A stretch of DNA of 61,126 nucleotides, from positions 1-61,126 of the forward strand of contig CAXTGN010000001.1 in NCBI GenBank assembly GCA_964243455.1, read 5' to 3'. Within the stretch, counting starts at the first letter, position 1. The number at the start of each line of letters is the position of its first letter. Position numbers and translations under genes: made by a program. This DNA is from an uncultured Acidobacteriaceae bacterium. GTDB lineage: Bacteria > Acidobacteriota > Terriglobia > Terriglobales > Acidobacteriaceae. Below are positions 1 through 9,782 of the stretch, one piece after another. The notes beneath the pieces were generated by a model that was given only the letters and a program-made list of their open reading frames with translations, ran no database searches and was not told the origin of the DNA.

Positions 1-54
1 GCTGGCTGTTGCGCTGCCGCTCACGCGCCTCGACCACGTTCCACAGCGTGCCGC
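1..54. repeat. Terminal overlap identical to 61073-61126 (circular contig)
   Basis: Exact 54-bp identity with the last 54 bases, and a minus-strand ORF reads through the junction in frame. Confidence 0.97.
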
Positions 55-259
55 GGTCCCGGTACGCTGCCGGCGTACCTTCCGGCAGCAGCACCTCCGA
101 ATGCAACGGTGTCGTGCCACGCTTGGCCGGCAAGGGCGCCATTGCCTGGTCCAGCCGGGCGTCGTGCAGCCGCACGCGCGCCCGGTCCGCCGCAACCGCA
201 ACCACGCTCTGCCCCTTCGAGCGCTGCACCATCCCAAGCCGCAGATGATAGATCGCCAT
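1..259 (-). CDS. 5' part of MobA/MobL (MOBQ, TraA-like) relaxase-domain protein spanning the junction
   Basis: Manual translation from ATG at 259: MAIYHLRLGMVQRSKGQSVVAVAADRARVRLHD...HSEVLLPEG...LWNVVEARERQRNSQL, continuing into the 60591-61109 ORF. Confidence 0.9.
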   Translation of the reverse strand, partial: MAIYHLRLGMVQRSKGQSVVAVAADRARVRLHDARLDQAMAPLPAKRGTTPLHSEVLLPEGTPAAYRDRGTLWNVVEARERQRNSQ

Positions 260-347
260 TGCCTCTCACTCCACGATCATGAACCGGTCCATCCGGAGAC
301 CAGGCCAAGCCCACGACACCCTGGTACGCCCGATCCAGGGGACCAGA

Positions 348-1718
348 TCATGTTGGCGCATGGGAAGCTCCTGACGGCTGGGTGGGCGGGCGGCCTGCGC
401 CGGCATCGCGGCACCGGCCGCCGTCTAGCTTCTCTGCCAGGCCGAACAGGGTCCGGTCCAGCCGCAGCTCGCCCGTCTGGTGCAGCTCCACCATCTTCCG
501 CAGCAGCCCGCCCGGTGACCGCACTTGGCCGGCAGCGTGGCGGGCGCTGATCGCCGCCAAGGCGGTGATGGCCTCCCTGGTGCCGAGTGCGATGCACGCC
601 TGCCCCCATGCGTGTGATGAGATGCCAAGTGCTGGCCGAACATGGCCTGCGGCCTGGTCCAGCTCGTTCCAACCAGCTCGGGCGTTGCTGATCCAATCCC
701 GGAAGGCGGGCGCGACCGCCAGGATGAACCCCGGCGTCACTACAAATCCACGAAGGGCGCTGGCCTGCACCTCAATCTCCCGAGTCGGCCCGACTCGCGG
801 CTGCCGCGACACCATCGGTTGATCGAGGTGGCCGTCACTACCCTTCTCCTGTCCAGCAATGGGCCGATCAGGCCCTGCCTTGTCGGTCAGACTTGTGTTC
901 GCGGAAGCGATAGAAAGTTGATTCGTAGTTGTAAGGTGGGGCCGGTATTCCGCCCCCACGGGGCCGTTTTTCACGGCTTCCACAGCCGCCAGGGCCGCCG
1001 TCACCTGCTCCTGGACACGAATGCACAATGCCCGCAGCCGGGCGGCGATGGGCACCAAGGGAAGGGGGTCGCGCTGCGCGCCCCGCTCGCGCCACAAGGC
1101 GTCGGCCTGCGCCGCAGCCTCGGACCAACCGACGCTGTCCAGGTCCTGCGCCGTCGCCAGGTCCACCAGGGACAGGACATGGTTGCGCGAGCTGGTGATC
1201 TCGCGCCGTAGCCGCCGCCCCTCCTCGCGGCGTGCATCCCATTCGGCCGCAACACGCTCAAACTCCGCCATGCGCTCTGCCAGGGGCGCCAGGTCAAAGC
1301 CGTAGGCGTCCACGATGCGCCCTGCACCGCGTCCGCCCTTGTCGCGGTGCCCCCATCGCTTGCCGGACGGGCTGCGGCGCAGGCGGATGAAGCCTGCATC
1401 CAGGGCAGCTCGCACGATCACCTTGCGCTGGCTCGGACCCACGCATAGCCGATCCTCCAACTCGGCGTCGGACGGCCATACGATAGGGCCAAGGCCAGGC
1501 CCGCCGTCCCAATCCTGCGCCGGGCTGTAGCTCATCAGGCTGTCGATCAGGTCCACCACCCGCCGCGGCACGCCCAGCGCCGCGGCGGCGCGTTTGAAGG
1601 CGGCAAGCGCCCTGCCGGGACTGCTCGGGGGAATGGGAACGCCTCCGGCGGCCTCGGCCCGGAGCTGGAGTGGGGTGATCTTGCGCCGGCCTGTCGGCGG
1701 TGCGGTGTGCGTGTCCAT
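348..1718 (-). CDS. repC: Plasmid replication initiator RepC (repABC-type, stand-alone)
   Basis: RepC motifs IVWPSDAEL, RRSPSGKRW, AYGFDLAPL, LGISSHAW and VRSPGGLLRKM. ATG at 1718 has an AAGGA RBS. A relatively AT-rich internal stretch (~880-935, with GANTC) fits an internal origin. Confidence 0.9.
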   Translation of the reverse strand: MDTHTAPPTGRRKITPLQLRAEAAGGVPIPPSSPGRALAAFKRAAAALGVPRRVVDLIDSLMSYSPAQDWDGGPGLGPIVWPSDAELEDRLCVGPSQRKVIVRAALDAGFIRLRRSPSGKRWGHRDKGGRGAGRIVDAYGFDLAPLAERMAEFERVAAEWDARREEGRRLRREITSSRNHVLSLVDLATAQDLDSVGWSEAAAQADALWRERGAQRDPLPLVPIAARLRALCIRVQEQVTAALAAVEAVKNGPVGAEYRPHLTTTNQLSIASANTSLTDKAGPDRPIAGQEKGSDGHLDQPMVSRQPRVGPTREIEVQASALRGFVVTPGFILAVAPAFRDWISNARAGWNELDQAAGHVRPALGISSHAWGQACIALGTREAITALAAISARHAAGQVRSPGGLLRKMVELHQTGELRLDRTLFGLAEKLDGGRCRDAGAGRPPTQPSGASHAPT

Positions 1719-2472
1719 GCTCTCGTCCTTTGTTGGGACGAACTGACAAGGCCGCAGTCCACCATCGAGAGCCTTGACGCCGAAAAGTGGCGTCCCTACT
1801 CTCTTGTCCATTGCTGAGGATTACCGACCTGCCAGGGTCGGGGTGGGTTGTGGCCTATCCGGAGAGCCGTCCTGTCCAAGGGCGGCTTTCTCCGTTTTCA
1901 GCTCGTGCGATTCGGGGCTTCCTCGGCACTCCTATGACCGGATGGCACTGTTGCCGCATTCTTGCGGCCTGTCCACGCCCAGGCGCAGGCACTTCGTCTT
2001 CATGCAGAAACGTTCAAAACTGCATGGCACTCCACCATCATAGGTTGTAGCAGGACAAGCTACAGCTTACGCTGCCTACGAGATACTGTACCGGATAGCT
2101 CGCGCATACGTAGCATATCCGTCCTTATCTTTCGGAACGGAAGGCGAACTATAGGAATACCTCCACATACCGCTTGCCTAGATCGCGCGAACGTGAGTAC
2201 TGTGCGTTAGGATGCACTTAGCTCGCGGGGTGTAGAAAGTTGCAAATCTACCAGGTCGCCATCCTACTCCCAACCCTTGAAGTTGCTCACGAACTCGTGC
2301 TTTTTGCGGGTGCCGCTGCTAGCGTCGGTGGCGTCTTGAAGGCACCGCCGGCCAGAGTGGGACCGGCGATGGGCGTCCTGTTGCCGGTTTGGTGTGCCAC
2401 CGTGCGCGCTGCGGTGAGTGATGGTGTTCGTCGCCTCCCCCCTTTGGCCTGCGCAGGTGGCGTGAGGTTGGA

Positions 2473-2829
2473 TTGGGACAGGGACTACCGGAGCACGAGA
2501 TACGGTCTCGGCTGGGCGAGGGCGGGTTCATCCGCAGCGTCTTCGTCGTCGAGGTCAAGGTTGAGGAGCACACCGAGTTCCTCCCCTACTTCCGGACTAG
2601 CTGGGACTCGACCTTCCGGCCCATGCGGACCTCACGCACCAAGATTGACCGCTCCTATCGGGAGCCTCGGCGACTCTTTCTACTCATCAGGGAATTCGGT
2701 TTTACCGGCCCCATCGTCATGTTCCTTGCGGGGTCCAATGACCTTGGGCGGTTCGCTGTCGGCCTCTTGGCTGATGGCGGCGCTGTCGAACAGGCCCTTG
2801 CAGGGCTGGAGAAGTCGCTGGAACCGTAA
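2473..2829 (+). CDS. Putative KorA-like repressor of the transfer operon
   Basis: Directly upstream of virB1, like korA of IncN/IncW plasmids. RSYREPRRLFLLIREFG weakly resembles the KorA C-terminal motif (recalled, not aligned). TTG start with GAGG RBS. Confidence 0.45.
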   Translation: MGQGLPEHEIRSRLGEGGFIRSVFVVEVKVEEHTEFLPYFRTSWDSTFRPMRTSRTKIDRSYREPRRLFLLIREFGFTGPIVMFLAGSNDLGRFAVGLLADGGAVEQALAGLEKSLEP

Positions 2830-2856
2830 GCCGACCTCCACCCGGAGGGCGGTGGC

Positions 2857-3552
2857 GTGAGCGCGACTGCCCTGACCCTGGCCGCCATCCTGGCGCTCGC
2901 CTCCAACCCGCAATGCGGCGCCGCGCCGGAAGGCAGCGAGTTCCAGTCACGCTTGGCTGCCATCGCGCTGCATGAGAGTGGCGGCGACGCCCTCATCATT
3001 GGGGTCAACGCCGACCGTGCGCGCGGCCTGCCTGCCGCGGCGATCCACTCCGCGACGCCGCATGAGGCTGCGGGGCGCGCGGCTGCCCTGCTCGCGCAAG
3101 GCCGGTCCATCGACCTCGGGCTGATGCAGATCAACTCCGGCCAGATCGCGCACCACGGCTTGACCGTCGAGACCGCGTTTGACGCCTGCAGGAGCATGGC
3201 GGCCGGCGCCGATCACTACGCGGACGATGTACGGGCTGTCTGGACCTCAGCACACCGCCGCTACAACACCGGGTCCACCGAACGCGGCGCTGCCTATGCA
3301 GCGGGCGTCGAAGCGGTGCTGAACCGCGTGCGGGTGCAGCAAACCGGGCTGCTGGCGTCGCCCGCGCAACCTTCCCTCGCGCCCCAGCAGCCACCTGCCC
3401 CGCCGCCCTGCGCGCCGGTCTGGGACGCCTGGGCGCTCGCCCAGTGCAGTGCGCGGCAGGTCACGCCCCCCGCACCACCGGCGGACGGCACCCCGGCCGT
3501 CCCCGTCCTTACCGCCACACTAGGAGAGACACATGCAGCAGACCCCAACTAA
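2857..3552 (+). CDS. virB1: VirB1 lytic transglycosylase
   Basis: SLT motifs HESGG, SIDLGLMQINS, FDAC and YNTGS; Pro-rich tail. Confidence 0.92.
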   Translation: MSATALTLAAILALASNPQCGAAPEGSEFQSRLAAIALHESGGDALIIGVNADRARGLPAAAIHSATPHEAAGRAAALLAQGRSIDLGLMQINSGQIAHHGLTVETAFDACRSMAAGADHYADDVRAVWTSAHRRYNTGSTERGAAYAAGVEAVLNRVRVQQTGLLASPAQPSLAPQQPPAPPPCAPVWDAWALAQCSARQVTPPAPPADGTPAVPVLTATLGETHAADPN

Positions 3553-3829
3553 GCCGGCCAGCAAGGCGCAGGTCGCCTTGGCCGCAGCGGCGCTCACCCT
3601 CGGCACAGTCGCCATGGCGCACGCCCAAGGCGCCGATCCCCTTGGCGTGTCCACGATCAAGGACGCGGTGGTTGCCACGTTCAAGGTTCTCGCCGCCATC
3701 GGCATCCTGTGGGGCTTCCTGCGGATGATGACCGGCCGCCACACCGTCGAGGGCCTGGTCAGCATTGGCGTCGGCGCCCTCGGCATCGCCAAGACGGATG
3801 CCATCGTGGCCCTGTTCGGCATCTCCTAG
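3533..3829 (+). CDS. virB2: VirB2 pilin
   Basis: 98 aa with a long signal peptide (AHA-Q) and two hydrophobic helices; expected position. Confidence 0.8.
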   Translation: MQQTPTKPASKAQVALAAAALTLGTVAMAHAQGADPLGVSTIKDAVVATFKVLAAIGILWGFLRMMTGRHTVEGLVSIGVGALGIAKTDAIVALFGIS

Positions 3830-3832
3830 CCC

Positions 3833-4207
3833 ATGACCGACCAGGACGAACCGCTGGACGAGGAGGAGTTCGACATGGCGGCCACCCGGCCGCCCATGAC
3901 GCTGGGGCTGCCGCACACCCTGTCGATGACCCTGCTCGCCGCCGGCATCCTGTTCTTCCTGGCCTACAGCACAGGCAACCAGGTCAATGACCTGGTTGCC
4001 GATGTCGTTGCGCTGCTCGGCCTCGGGATGATCTGGTCCATGGCCAAGGTCCTGCTCCGCACCGATTTCCACGGCTGGGACAACTTCGTGGCCTGGGTCC
4101 GTCTCGATGCCCGGTGCCTGGACACGGCGGATTGGGGCGGCGCGCGGCTTGCCTCCGCGCCGCTTCGCTCCCCTTACCGCAGCGAGGCGTCCGACCATGC
4201 TGCTTGA
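3833..4207 (+). CDS. virB3: VirB3
   Basis: AATRPPMTLGLP motif, two TM segments, WGG motif. Confidence 0.88.
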   Translation: MTDQDEPLDEEEFDMAATRPPMTLGLPHTLSMTLLAAGILFFLAYSTGNQVNDLVADVVALLGLGMIWSMAKVLLRTDFHGWDNFVAWVRLDARCLDTADWGGARLASAPLRSPYRSEASDHAA

Positions 4208-6665
4208 ACGCCTCGCCGACCAGCTCGGCTATGCCGGCGCTATGGAGCGTGCCAGCGACAAGTTCTTTCCCTACGTCGATCACATCGGCCCGGCGACGCT
4301 GCTCAACTCCGACAACTCGGTGATGGGCGTGCTGCGGATGCCCGGCGCTCCGTTCTCATTGATCATGAACGGAGAGCGCAACGGCCATAAGCGCCGCCTG
4401 GTGGCGTTCCTCAACGCTGTCGCCGACGAGAACGTGGAAGTCCACATCCACCTGGTCAAGCACGATGCGACGCTGCCGCCAGCCAGCCACGGCGGCGCGG
4501 CAGCGCCCTATGCCCAACGCCTGCTGGAGGAGTACCACGCCTCCATCCAGGATGACCTTGCGGTAGTTGACTGGTTCCTGACCGTCCGCGTGAAGCCCCG
4601 CAAAATGCCCTTCGCCAGCGTCACGGACAAGGTGCGCGACGCGCTGGCCAAGGTCGGGCTGGGCCGTGCGTCCCGCGCCGCCGATCCGCTGCTGGAAGTG
4701 CAGTTAGAGGACGCGATGCGCCTGGCGCTCGGCACCCTGGGGCCGTTCGGCCCGGTGCGGCTGGGAACGCGCATCGAGCACGATCCCGCCACGGGCGATG
4801 AAGCCATGGCGTTCTCCGAGATTGCCGAGTTCCTGTACCTGCTCCGCACGACGCAGTTCTCCCCGCAGCCGCTGGCTGACGTGTGCGGCTTCCTGGGGGC
4901 CGGGATCGCGGCGGTGGACGTGACCGCGGTGGCCCGCAAGCGAATGCTGCGGATCGATCATGCGGCCGGCGGCAGCGCCGCATCACAGACCTGGGCTGCC
5001 GTCCTGGGCCTGCTAACCTACCCGCGCCGCCTCGACCCGTCCCGGCTGGACGACATGCTGGCGCTGCCGGGCCGGTTCGTGATGACGGTGGCCATCCGGT
5101 TTCAGTCTCGCGCCGAAGTCCAGGACAGCCTTGCCCTGCTGCAACGCCGGCTCGTCGCGGGCAACAGCCGCGCCGTCGAAGACACGGAGGCGCTAAACGA
5201 CGCGATCAACGAGGTGGCCGGCGGGCGGGCGGAAAGCGGCACCTCCCGCTGGTCGCTGGTGCTGCACGGCGCCACGCCCATGGAGGTGGACCAGCTCGTG
5301 TCGGCCGCGCGCAACGTCGTGGCCAACGCCGGGGCGAAGGTCGGGCCGGAAGGCAAGGGGATGCTTAGCTCCTTCCTTGCGCAGCTCCCCGGTGCCCCGC
5401 TATCGACCTGGATCAGGCCGGCGCAGTGCAGCACGAAGCAGATTGCGGTACTGGCGACGCTCGCCGGCCACCCGCGCGGGCCGGCCAAGCCGCGCTGGGA
5501 CCACCACCTGTTCCGCCTCGTATCGCCCGCCGGCACCGCTTACGACCATGACCTGTTCGTTGGGGACGTAGGCCATAACTTCCTGGGCGGCCCCAACGGC
5601 GGGGGCAAGACGGTCTGGCTGGGCATGAACATCGCCGCCCTCGATGGCGCGGTCAGCAGCAAGGGTGGAACGCAAATCGTCCTGGATGTGGACGAAAGCA
5701 ACCACAACACCCTTCTCGCCCTGGGCGGTCGCTACTCCACCTTGCAGGTTGGAAAGTCCGGGATAGCCCCCCTGCGCGGCCTGCCGGACACCCCGCGCGT
5801 GCGGGCCTTCCTGCGCGACTTGGTGGCCGGCCTGGTGCAGTCGGACGGGGCGCCTGCACCCAACAAGACGGAACGCGACGGCATCCGGCAGGGCGTGGAC
5901 TTCGTGATGGGCGAGATGGAGCCGCACGAACGCAGCTTCACCACGGTTCGGTCCTTCATGGGCTTTGAGGAGCATGGCGCGGGCGAACGGCTGGAACCCT
6001 GGTGTGCGGGCGGCGAGCTGGGCTGGGTTTTCGATGGCGACGAGCACCTGGTGGACTTCAACACCCGCCTCGTCGGCGTGGACCTGACCGCGGTGATGAA
6101 CGACGCGAGGATCATGCCGCCGATTGCGCTCACGCTGCTGTGGATGGCGTCTGACGTGATGGACGGTAGGCGCGTCGTGATCTGGTGCGAGGAAGCCCCG
6201 GCCTACATGCCGACGCCCGCCTTCGCCAAGCCGTTCAAGGGCATCGCGCTGCGGGCGCGCAAGCGCAACGCCTCGTTCAACGCCATCGCCCAGCAGCCCT
6301 CCGACATGCTGGAAAACGAGGCTGGGCACGCTCTGATCAAGCAGGCCCGGCAGATGGTCCTGTTCAGGAACGACAAGGCGGTGAAGGCCGATTACCAAAC
6401 AGGCCTTGGCTTCACGCCGGCAGAGTTCCACGCCGTGCGGGAAGGCATGTTCACCTTGCAGTACCACTCGGTCCTCATCAAGCGCCAGGACGGGCAAAGC
6501 GGCCTGTGCCGCTTCGATCTGTCAGGGCTGCCGCAGCACCTGAACATCCTGTCCGGCACGCCGTCGCGGGTTCGGCTCCTGCGCGCCTGCCTCGACCGCC
6601 GCGGGGGCGACATCCCCAAGGCGCTTTCCGACTACCAAAGCCGCATCCACGAAACAGCAGCATGA
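4197..6665 (+). CDS. virB4: VirB4 ATPase
   Basis: 822 aa; Walker [22 protein letters not shown] and RARKRN motifs. Confidence 0.95.
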   Translation: MLLERLADQLGYAGAMERASDKFFPYVDHIGPATLLNSDNSVMGVLRMPGAPFSLIMNGERNGHKRRLVAFLNAVADENVEVHIHLVKHDATLPPASHGGAAAPYAQRLLEEYHASIQDDLAVVDWFLTVRVKPRKMPFASVTDKVRDALAKVGLGRASRAADPLLEVQLEDAMRLALGTLGPFGPVRLGTRIEHDPATGDEAMAFSEIAEFLYLLRTTQFSPQPLADVCGFLGAGIAAVDVTAVARKRMLRIDHAAGGSAASQTWAAVLGLLTYPRRLDPSRLDDMLALPGRFVMTVAIRFQSRAEVQDSLALLQRRLVAGNSRAVEDTEALNDAINEVAGGRAESGTSRWSLVLHGATPMEVDQLVSAARNVVANAGAKVGPEGKGMLSSFLAQLPGAPLSTWIRPAQCSTKQIAVLATLAGHPRGPAKPRWDHHLFRLVSPAGTAYDHDLFVGDVGHNFLGGPNGGGKTVWLGMNIAALDGAVSSKGGTQIVLDVDESNHNTLLALGGRYSTLQVGKSGIAPLRGLPDTPRVRAFLRDLVAGLVQSDGAPAPNKTERDGIRQGVDFVMGEMEPHERSFTTVRSFMGFEEHGAGERLEPWCAGGELGWVFDGDEHLVDFNTRLVGVDLTAVMNDARIMPPIALTLLWMASDVMDGRRVVIWCEEAPAYMPTPAFAKPFKGIALRARKRNASFNAIAQQPSDMLENEAGHALIKQARQMVLFRNDKAVKADYQTGLGFTPAEFHAVREGMFTLQYHSVLIKRQDGQSGLCRFDLSGLPQHLNILSGTPSRVRLLRACLDRRGGDIPKALSDYQSRIHETAA

Positions 6666-7384
6666 GGTCCACCATGAAGCGCATCCTCCTTGCCTCCACC
6701 GTCCTCCTCGGCCTGGGCCTGTCCTTGCCGGCGCACGCCCAGATGCCCGTCACGGATGCGGCCAGCATCGGCGCCCGCGCCATTGAGGCGGCCAAGTCGC
6801 TCGCGCAAATGGTGCAGCAGTATCAGGTGATGCAGCAGCAGTACAGCCAGCTCGTCTCGACCTACAACACGCTGACCCATCCCACCGCGGTGCTGAGCAC
6901 CGCCCAAGGCTTGTTGCAGCAGCAGATACACTCCCCTGGTTCAATGGGCAGCAGCATCCCCAACCTGGCGTTCGGCTCGCAGCTCTCGTCCGCGGCGAAC
7001 AACTTCATGTCCCAGAACCGCTACTCGGCGCCGCAAGGCAACGACTTCAACGCCCAGGAGATGATCCGCCGCGAGCAGGTGACGGCCAACATCCAGGCGG
7101 AAGCGCAGGAGGGCCTGAACCGGTCCGACGAGCGCATCAACTACCTCAACCAGTTGCAGGCGAGCATCCAGGACCAGCCCGACGTAACCGCCGTGGCTGC
7201 GACGGAAGCGCGCATCCAGTCCGAGCACCTGTTTCTCCAGAATGAGGGCAACAACGTCGCGCGCCTCAACCTCATCCAGCAGTCGGCCGCGCGGGTGGAC
7301 CAGCAGCGTGCCGAACAGGCAGGACGCCGGGAGGCTGATGACTGGCACAGCCGCGCTGCCGCCACGGCTTTCGACGGGGAGTAG
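6662..7384 (+). CDS. virB5: VirB5 minor pilin
   Basis: Signal peptide AHAQMPVTD and Gln-rich coiled coils; ATGA overlap with virB4 (alternative start 6674). Confidence 0.88.
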   Translation: MRSTMKRILLASTVLLGLGLSLPAHAQMPVTDAASIGARAIEAAKSLAQMVQQYQVMQQQYSQLVSTYNTLTHPTAVLSTAQGLLQQQIHSPGSMGSSIPNLAFGSQLSSAANNFMSQNRYSAPQGNDFNAQEMIRREQVTANIQAEAQEGLNRSDERINYLNQLQASIQDQPDVTAVAATEARIQSEHLFLQNEGNNVARLNLIQQSAARVDQQRAEQAGRREADDWHSRAAATAFDGE

Positions 7385-7389
7385 CAGTC

Positions 7390-7848
7390 TTGGCAACGAA
7401 CACGCGCCGCAACTCGATGGCCGCTGCCTGGGGGGCCTTTGGCCTCGTGCTGGTAGGCAGCTCCGTCCCCGTGCATGGCCAATCGTCGCTGCACGACATC
7501 CCCTGGTATATGGCGAACAACGCTGCCCGCGCGGCCACGATCAAGCTGTGCCGCAGCGATCACCGGTTTGCTCATGACGTGGACTGCGCTAATGCCGAGA
7601 CGGCGGAGGATCGGCTATATGCCCAGCGCGCTGCCGGGATGGTCGGGGGTGGGCAGGGGTCCGCCGGACGTTCGCGCTCCTCGGTCTTTGACGAGCTAAC
7701 GTCACCGCAGTATTGGGCCGCCAATCGCTTGTCACGTATGGGCGTGCTGGCATCGTGCAAAGATCGCGTCACGATCTACCAGCCGGACGTGTGCGCTGCT
7801 GCGCAGCAGGGTGACGCACTCGACACTACCAGGCCAGGCCGGCGATGA
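7390..7848 (+). CDS. Entry-exclusion (EexN-like) protein with two repeated domains
   Basis: Between virB5 and virB6. The WY.AN...R....C.....C..A pattern occurs twice. Confidence 0.65.
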   Translation: MATNTRRNSMAAAWGAFGLVLVGSSVPVHGQSSLHDIPWYMANNAARAATIKLCRSDHRFAHDVDCANAETAEDRLYAQRAAGMVGGGQGSAGRSRSSVFDELTSPQYWAANRLSRMGVLASCKDRVTIYQPDVCAAAQQGDALDTTRPGRR

Positions 7849-8828
7849 ACGGCGTCAGCACCACCAACATCGCCGGCATCACCTACGACGCGATCGCCGC
7901 AGCTCGCATTAGCCAGCTCAAGACGACGATGGATGCGGTGATCACTGCCGAGCTGCAGTTTGTGGTGCCCATCCTCAAGTCGCTGCTGATCATGTTCGTT
8001 GTGCGGCAGTTCACGCTCGCCTTCACCGGCAACATGACGGTGGAGCGGTTCGTCGGCTCCTGCGTCCGTGCCGCCACTGTCGTTTTCCTGATCTCGCACA
8101 GTGGTTCTTTCGTCCAATACATACGCGATCCGATTTTCGACAAGATACCGCAGGCCATCAGCAGCACCATCCTTTCCGCTGCCGGCGCATCGACCACCAG
8201 CGGGACCACGATTGCCCAGCAATTCGACAAGGTGTCGGTGGCGTCCGACGCCGTGACCGCGGCCATCATCACCTCGCAAACGGGCTGGTCCGTCTCTTCC
8301 CTCGTCAACTATGCCGCAGCCTCGTTCGCCAACTTCGCCGTTCAGTTCCTGCTCGGCGGGATCGCCGGCATCTGGCTGCTCGGGCAATCCCTGCTCGCCA
8401 TCATCCTGTGCTTCGGCCCGTTGCTGCTTGGGTTCGAGCTGTTTGATCGTACCCGCGGATGGCTGGATCAGTGGATCGGCAAGCTGGTCGGCATAACCGC
8501 GTTCGGCATCGGCACCTCCATCCTGCTCGCCATTGAGATGACGGGCGAGCTGAACATGCTGAAAGCGGTCAACGCCAACCTGCCGACTGGCGGCCCGGAA
8601 GCAGTCTCCGCACTGCTGCGCGTCGGCTGCAACGTGCTGCTCGACCTGTTCACCATGGCCGCCCTGCCGGCGATCTGCGCCTACGGCTCGGGCGTGGCCG
8701 CTTCCCTCTCCGCCCCCTCCGCCATGGCCTCGCTTCGGGCTGCTGGCGCCGCCGCCTCCGGCGCCCGCGCGGTCGCGGGAAGCTCGGCCCGCGGCCGGGC
8801 CGCCTCCAATTCCATCAATCGAACCTGA
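7845..8828 (+). CDS. virB6: VirB6
   Basis: Polytopic membrane protein with GPLLLGFELFDRTRGWLDQW. Confidence 0.92.
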   Translation: MNGVSTTNIAGITYDAIAAARISQLKTTMDAVITAELQFVVPILKSLLIMFVVRQFTLAFTGNMTVERFVGSCVRAATVVFLISHSGSFVQYIRDPIFDKIPQAISSTILSAAGASTTSGTTIAQQFDKVSVASDAVTAAIITSQTGWSVSSLVNYAAASFANFAVQFLLGGIAGIWLLGQSLLAIILCFGPLLLGFELFDRTRGWLDQWIGKLVGITAFGIGTSILLAIEMTGELNMLKAVNANLPTGGPEAVSALLRVGCNVLLDLFTMAALPAICAYGSGVAASLSAPSAMASLRAAGAAASGARAVAGSSARGRAASNSINRT

Positions 8829-8838
8829 CGGAGCTTTC

Positions 8839-9006
8839 ATGCGCCGCTGTCTCGCCCTCCTCGTCGCCCTCGCCGCCGCCGGCTGCGCGTCTGACCACAC
8901 GCTGGCGACCTGCAAGGGGCCGCTCGTCGCGCTCAATGCGGCGCAGTGGCGGCCGACTGCGGGTGAGATCGTCGCGCTGGAAAAAGTCTGCCCGGAGGAC
9001 CGCTGA
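8839..9006 (+). CDS. virB7: VirB7 lipoprotein (not in the ORF track)
   Basis: Manual translation MRRCLALLVALAAAGCASDHTLATCKGPLVALNAAQWRPT: lipobox plus CKGP..LN...W.PT as in Agrobacterium VirB7; GGAG RBS. Confidence 0.88.
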   Translation: MRRCLALLVALAAAGCASDHTLATCKGPLVALNAAQWRPTAGEIVALEKVCPEDR

Positions 9007-9782
9007 TGCCCGATGCACATGCTGATCTGCGTGAGGGGCTGGAGGAACGCGCCAGGACGGTGCGGAAGCAGCACGCCGCCGCCATCCGTGGCCAGCGCCG
9101 CGCGGGGCAGGTCAAGAACCTCGCCATCGCCGCGCTCGGCGCCGGCCTGGCCTGGGCCGTGTACAACAACAACCGCCTCGCCCAACTGGCGTCCACGCGC
9201 GACACGGTTTACGCGGCAGTCCAGGCTGATGGCGAGGTCATCAGCAGCACCCACTATAGCGAGCTGCCGCCTGCCGCCCGCCAGGAAGAAGCCGTCCAGA
9301 ATGCGCTTTGGACCTATGTCCAGGCGCGCGACTGCTACGGCAGCAGCAGCTTCATCCGGCAAGCCTACATTGCTCAAGCCATGTCGGATGAACGGGTCGG
9401 CCGGCAGGTCCGCGCGGCGTTCATCCTCGCCAACCCGCTCGCGCCGCAGCACGTTTATGGCGAGCACAACATCACCGTGCAGTGCGAGCCGGTGGACCCG
9501 CCGACGCCCATAGGCGACGACGGCAACCAGTACCTGTTCCGCTTCCGCCGCTGGGAGGATGACGGGCGCACCACGGCCGCCGCCGCGGCCTCTGCCGTGG
9601 TTTACAGCGTCACGGTGCGATACCGGACGGGCATCTACCCCACGGACGACAAGCGCCGCGCCTGGCTGGACCGGACCACGTTCAATGCCCCCGGCGTCCA
9701 GGTCCTCGACTACCCCGGCGCCAAGCCGGAGAACGCCCGCCCGCTGCCCAAACCCGCCCGCACCGCCGAGGCTCGCCCATGA
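9006..9782 (+). CDS. virB8: VirB8
   Basis: Single TM, YVQARDCY, AMSD and FNAPGVQVLDY. Confidence 0.88.
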   Translation: MPDAHADLREGLEERARTVRKQHAAAIRGQRRAGQVKNLAIAALGAGLAWAVYNNNRLAQLASTRDTVYAAVQADGEVISSTHYSELPPAARQEEAVQNALWTYVQARDCYGSSSFIRQAYIAQAMSDERVGRQVRAAFILANPLAPQHVYGEHNITVQCEPVDPPTPIGDDGNQYLFRFRRWEDDGRTTAAAAASAVVYSVTVRYRTGIYPTDDKRRAWLDRTTFNAPGVQVLDYPGAKPENARPLPKPARTAEARP

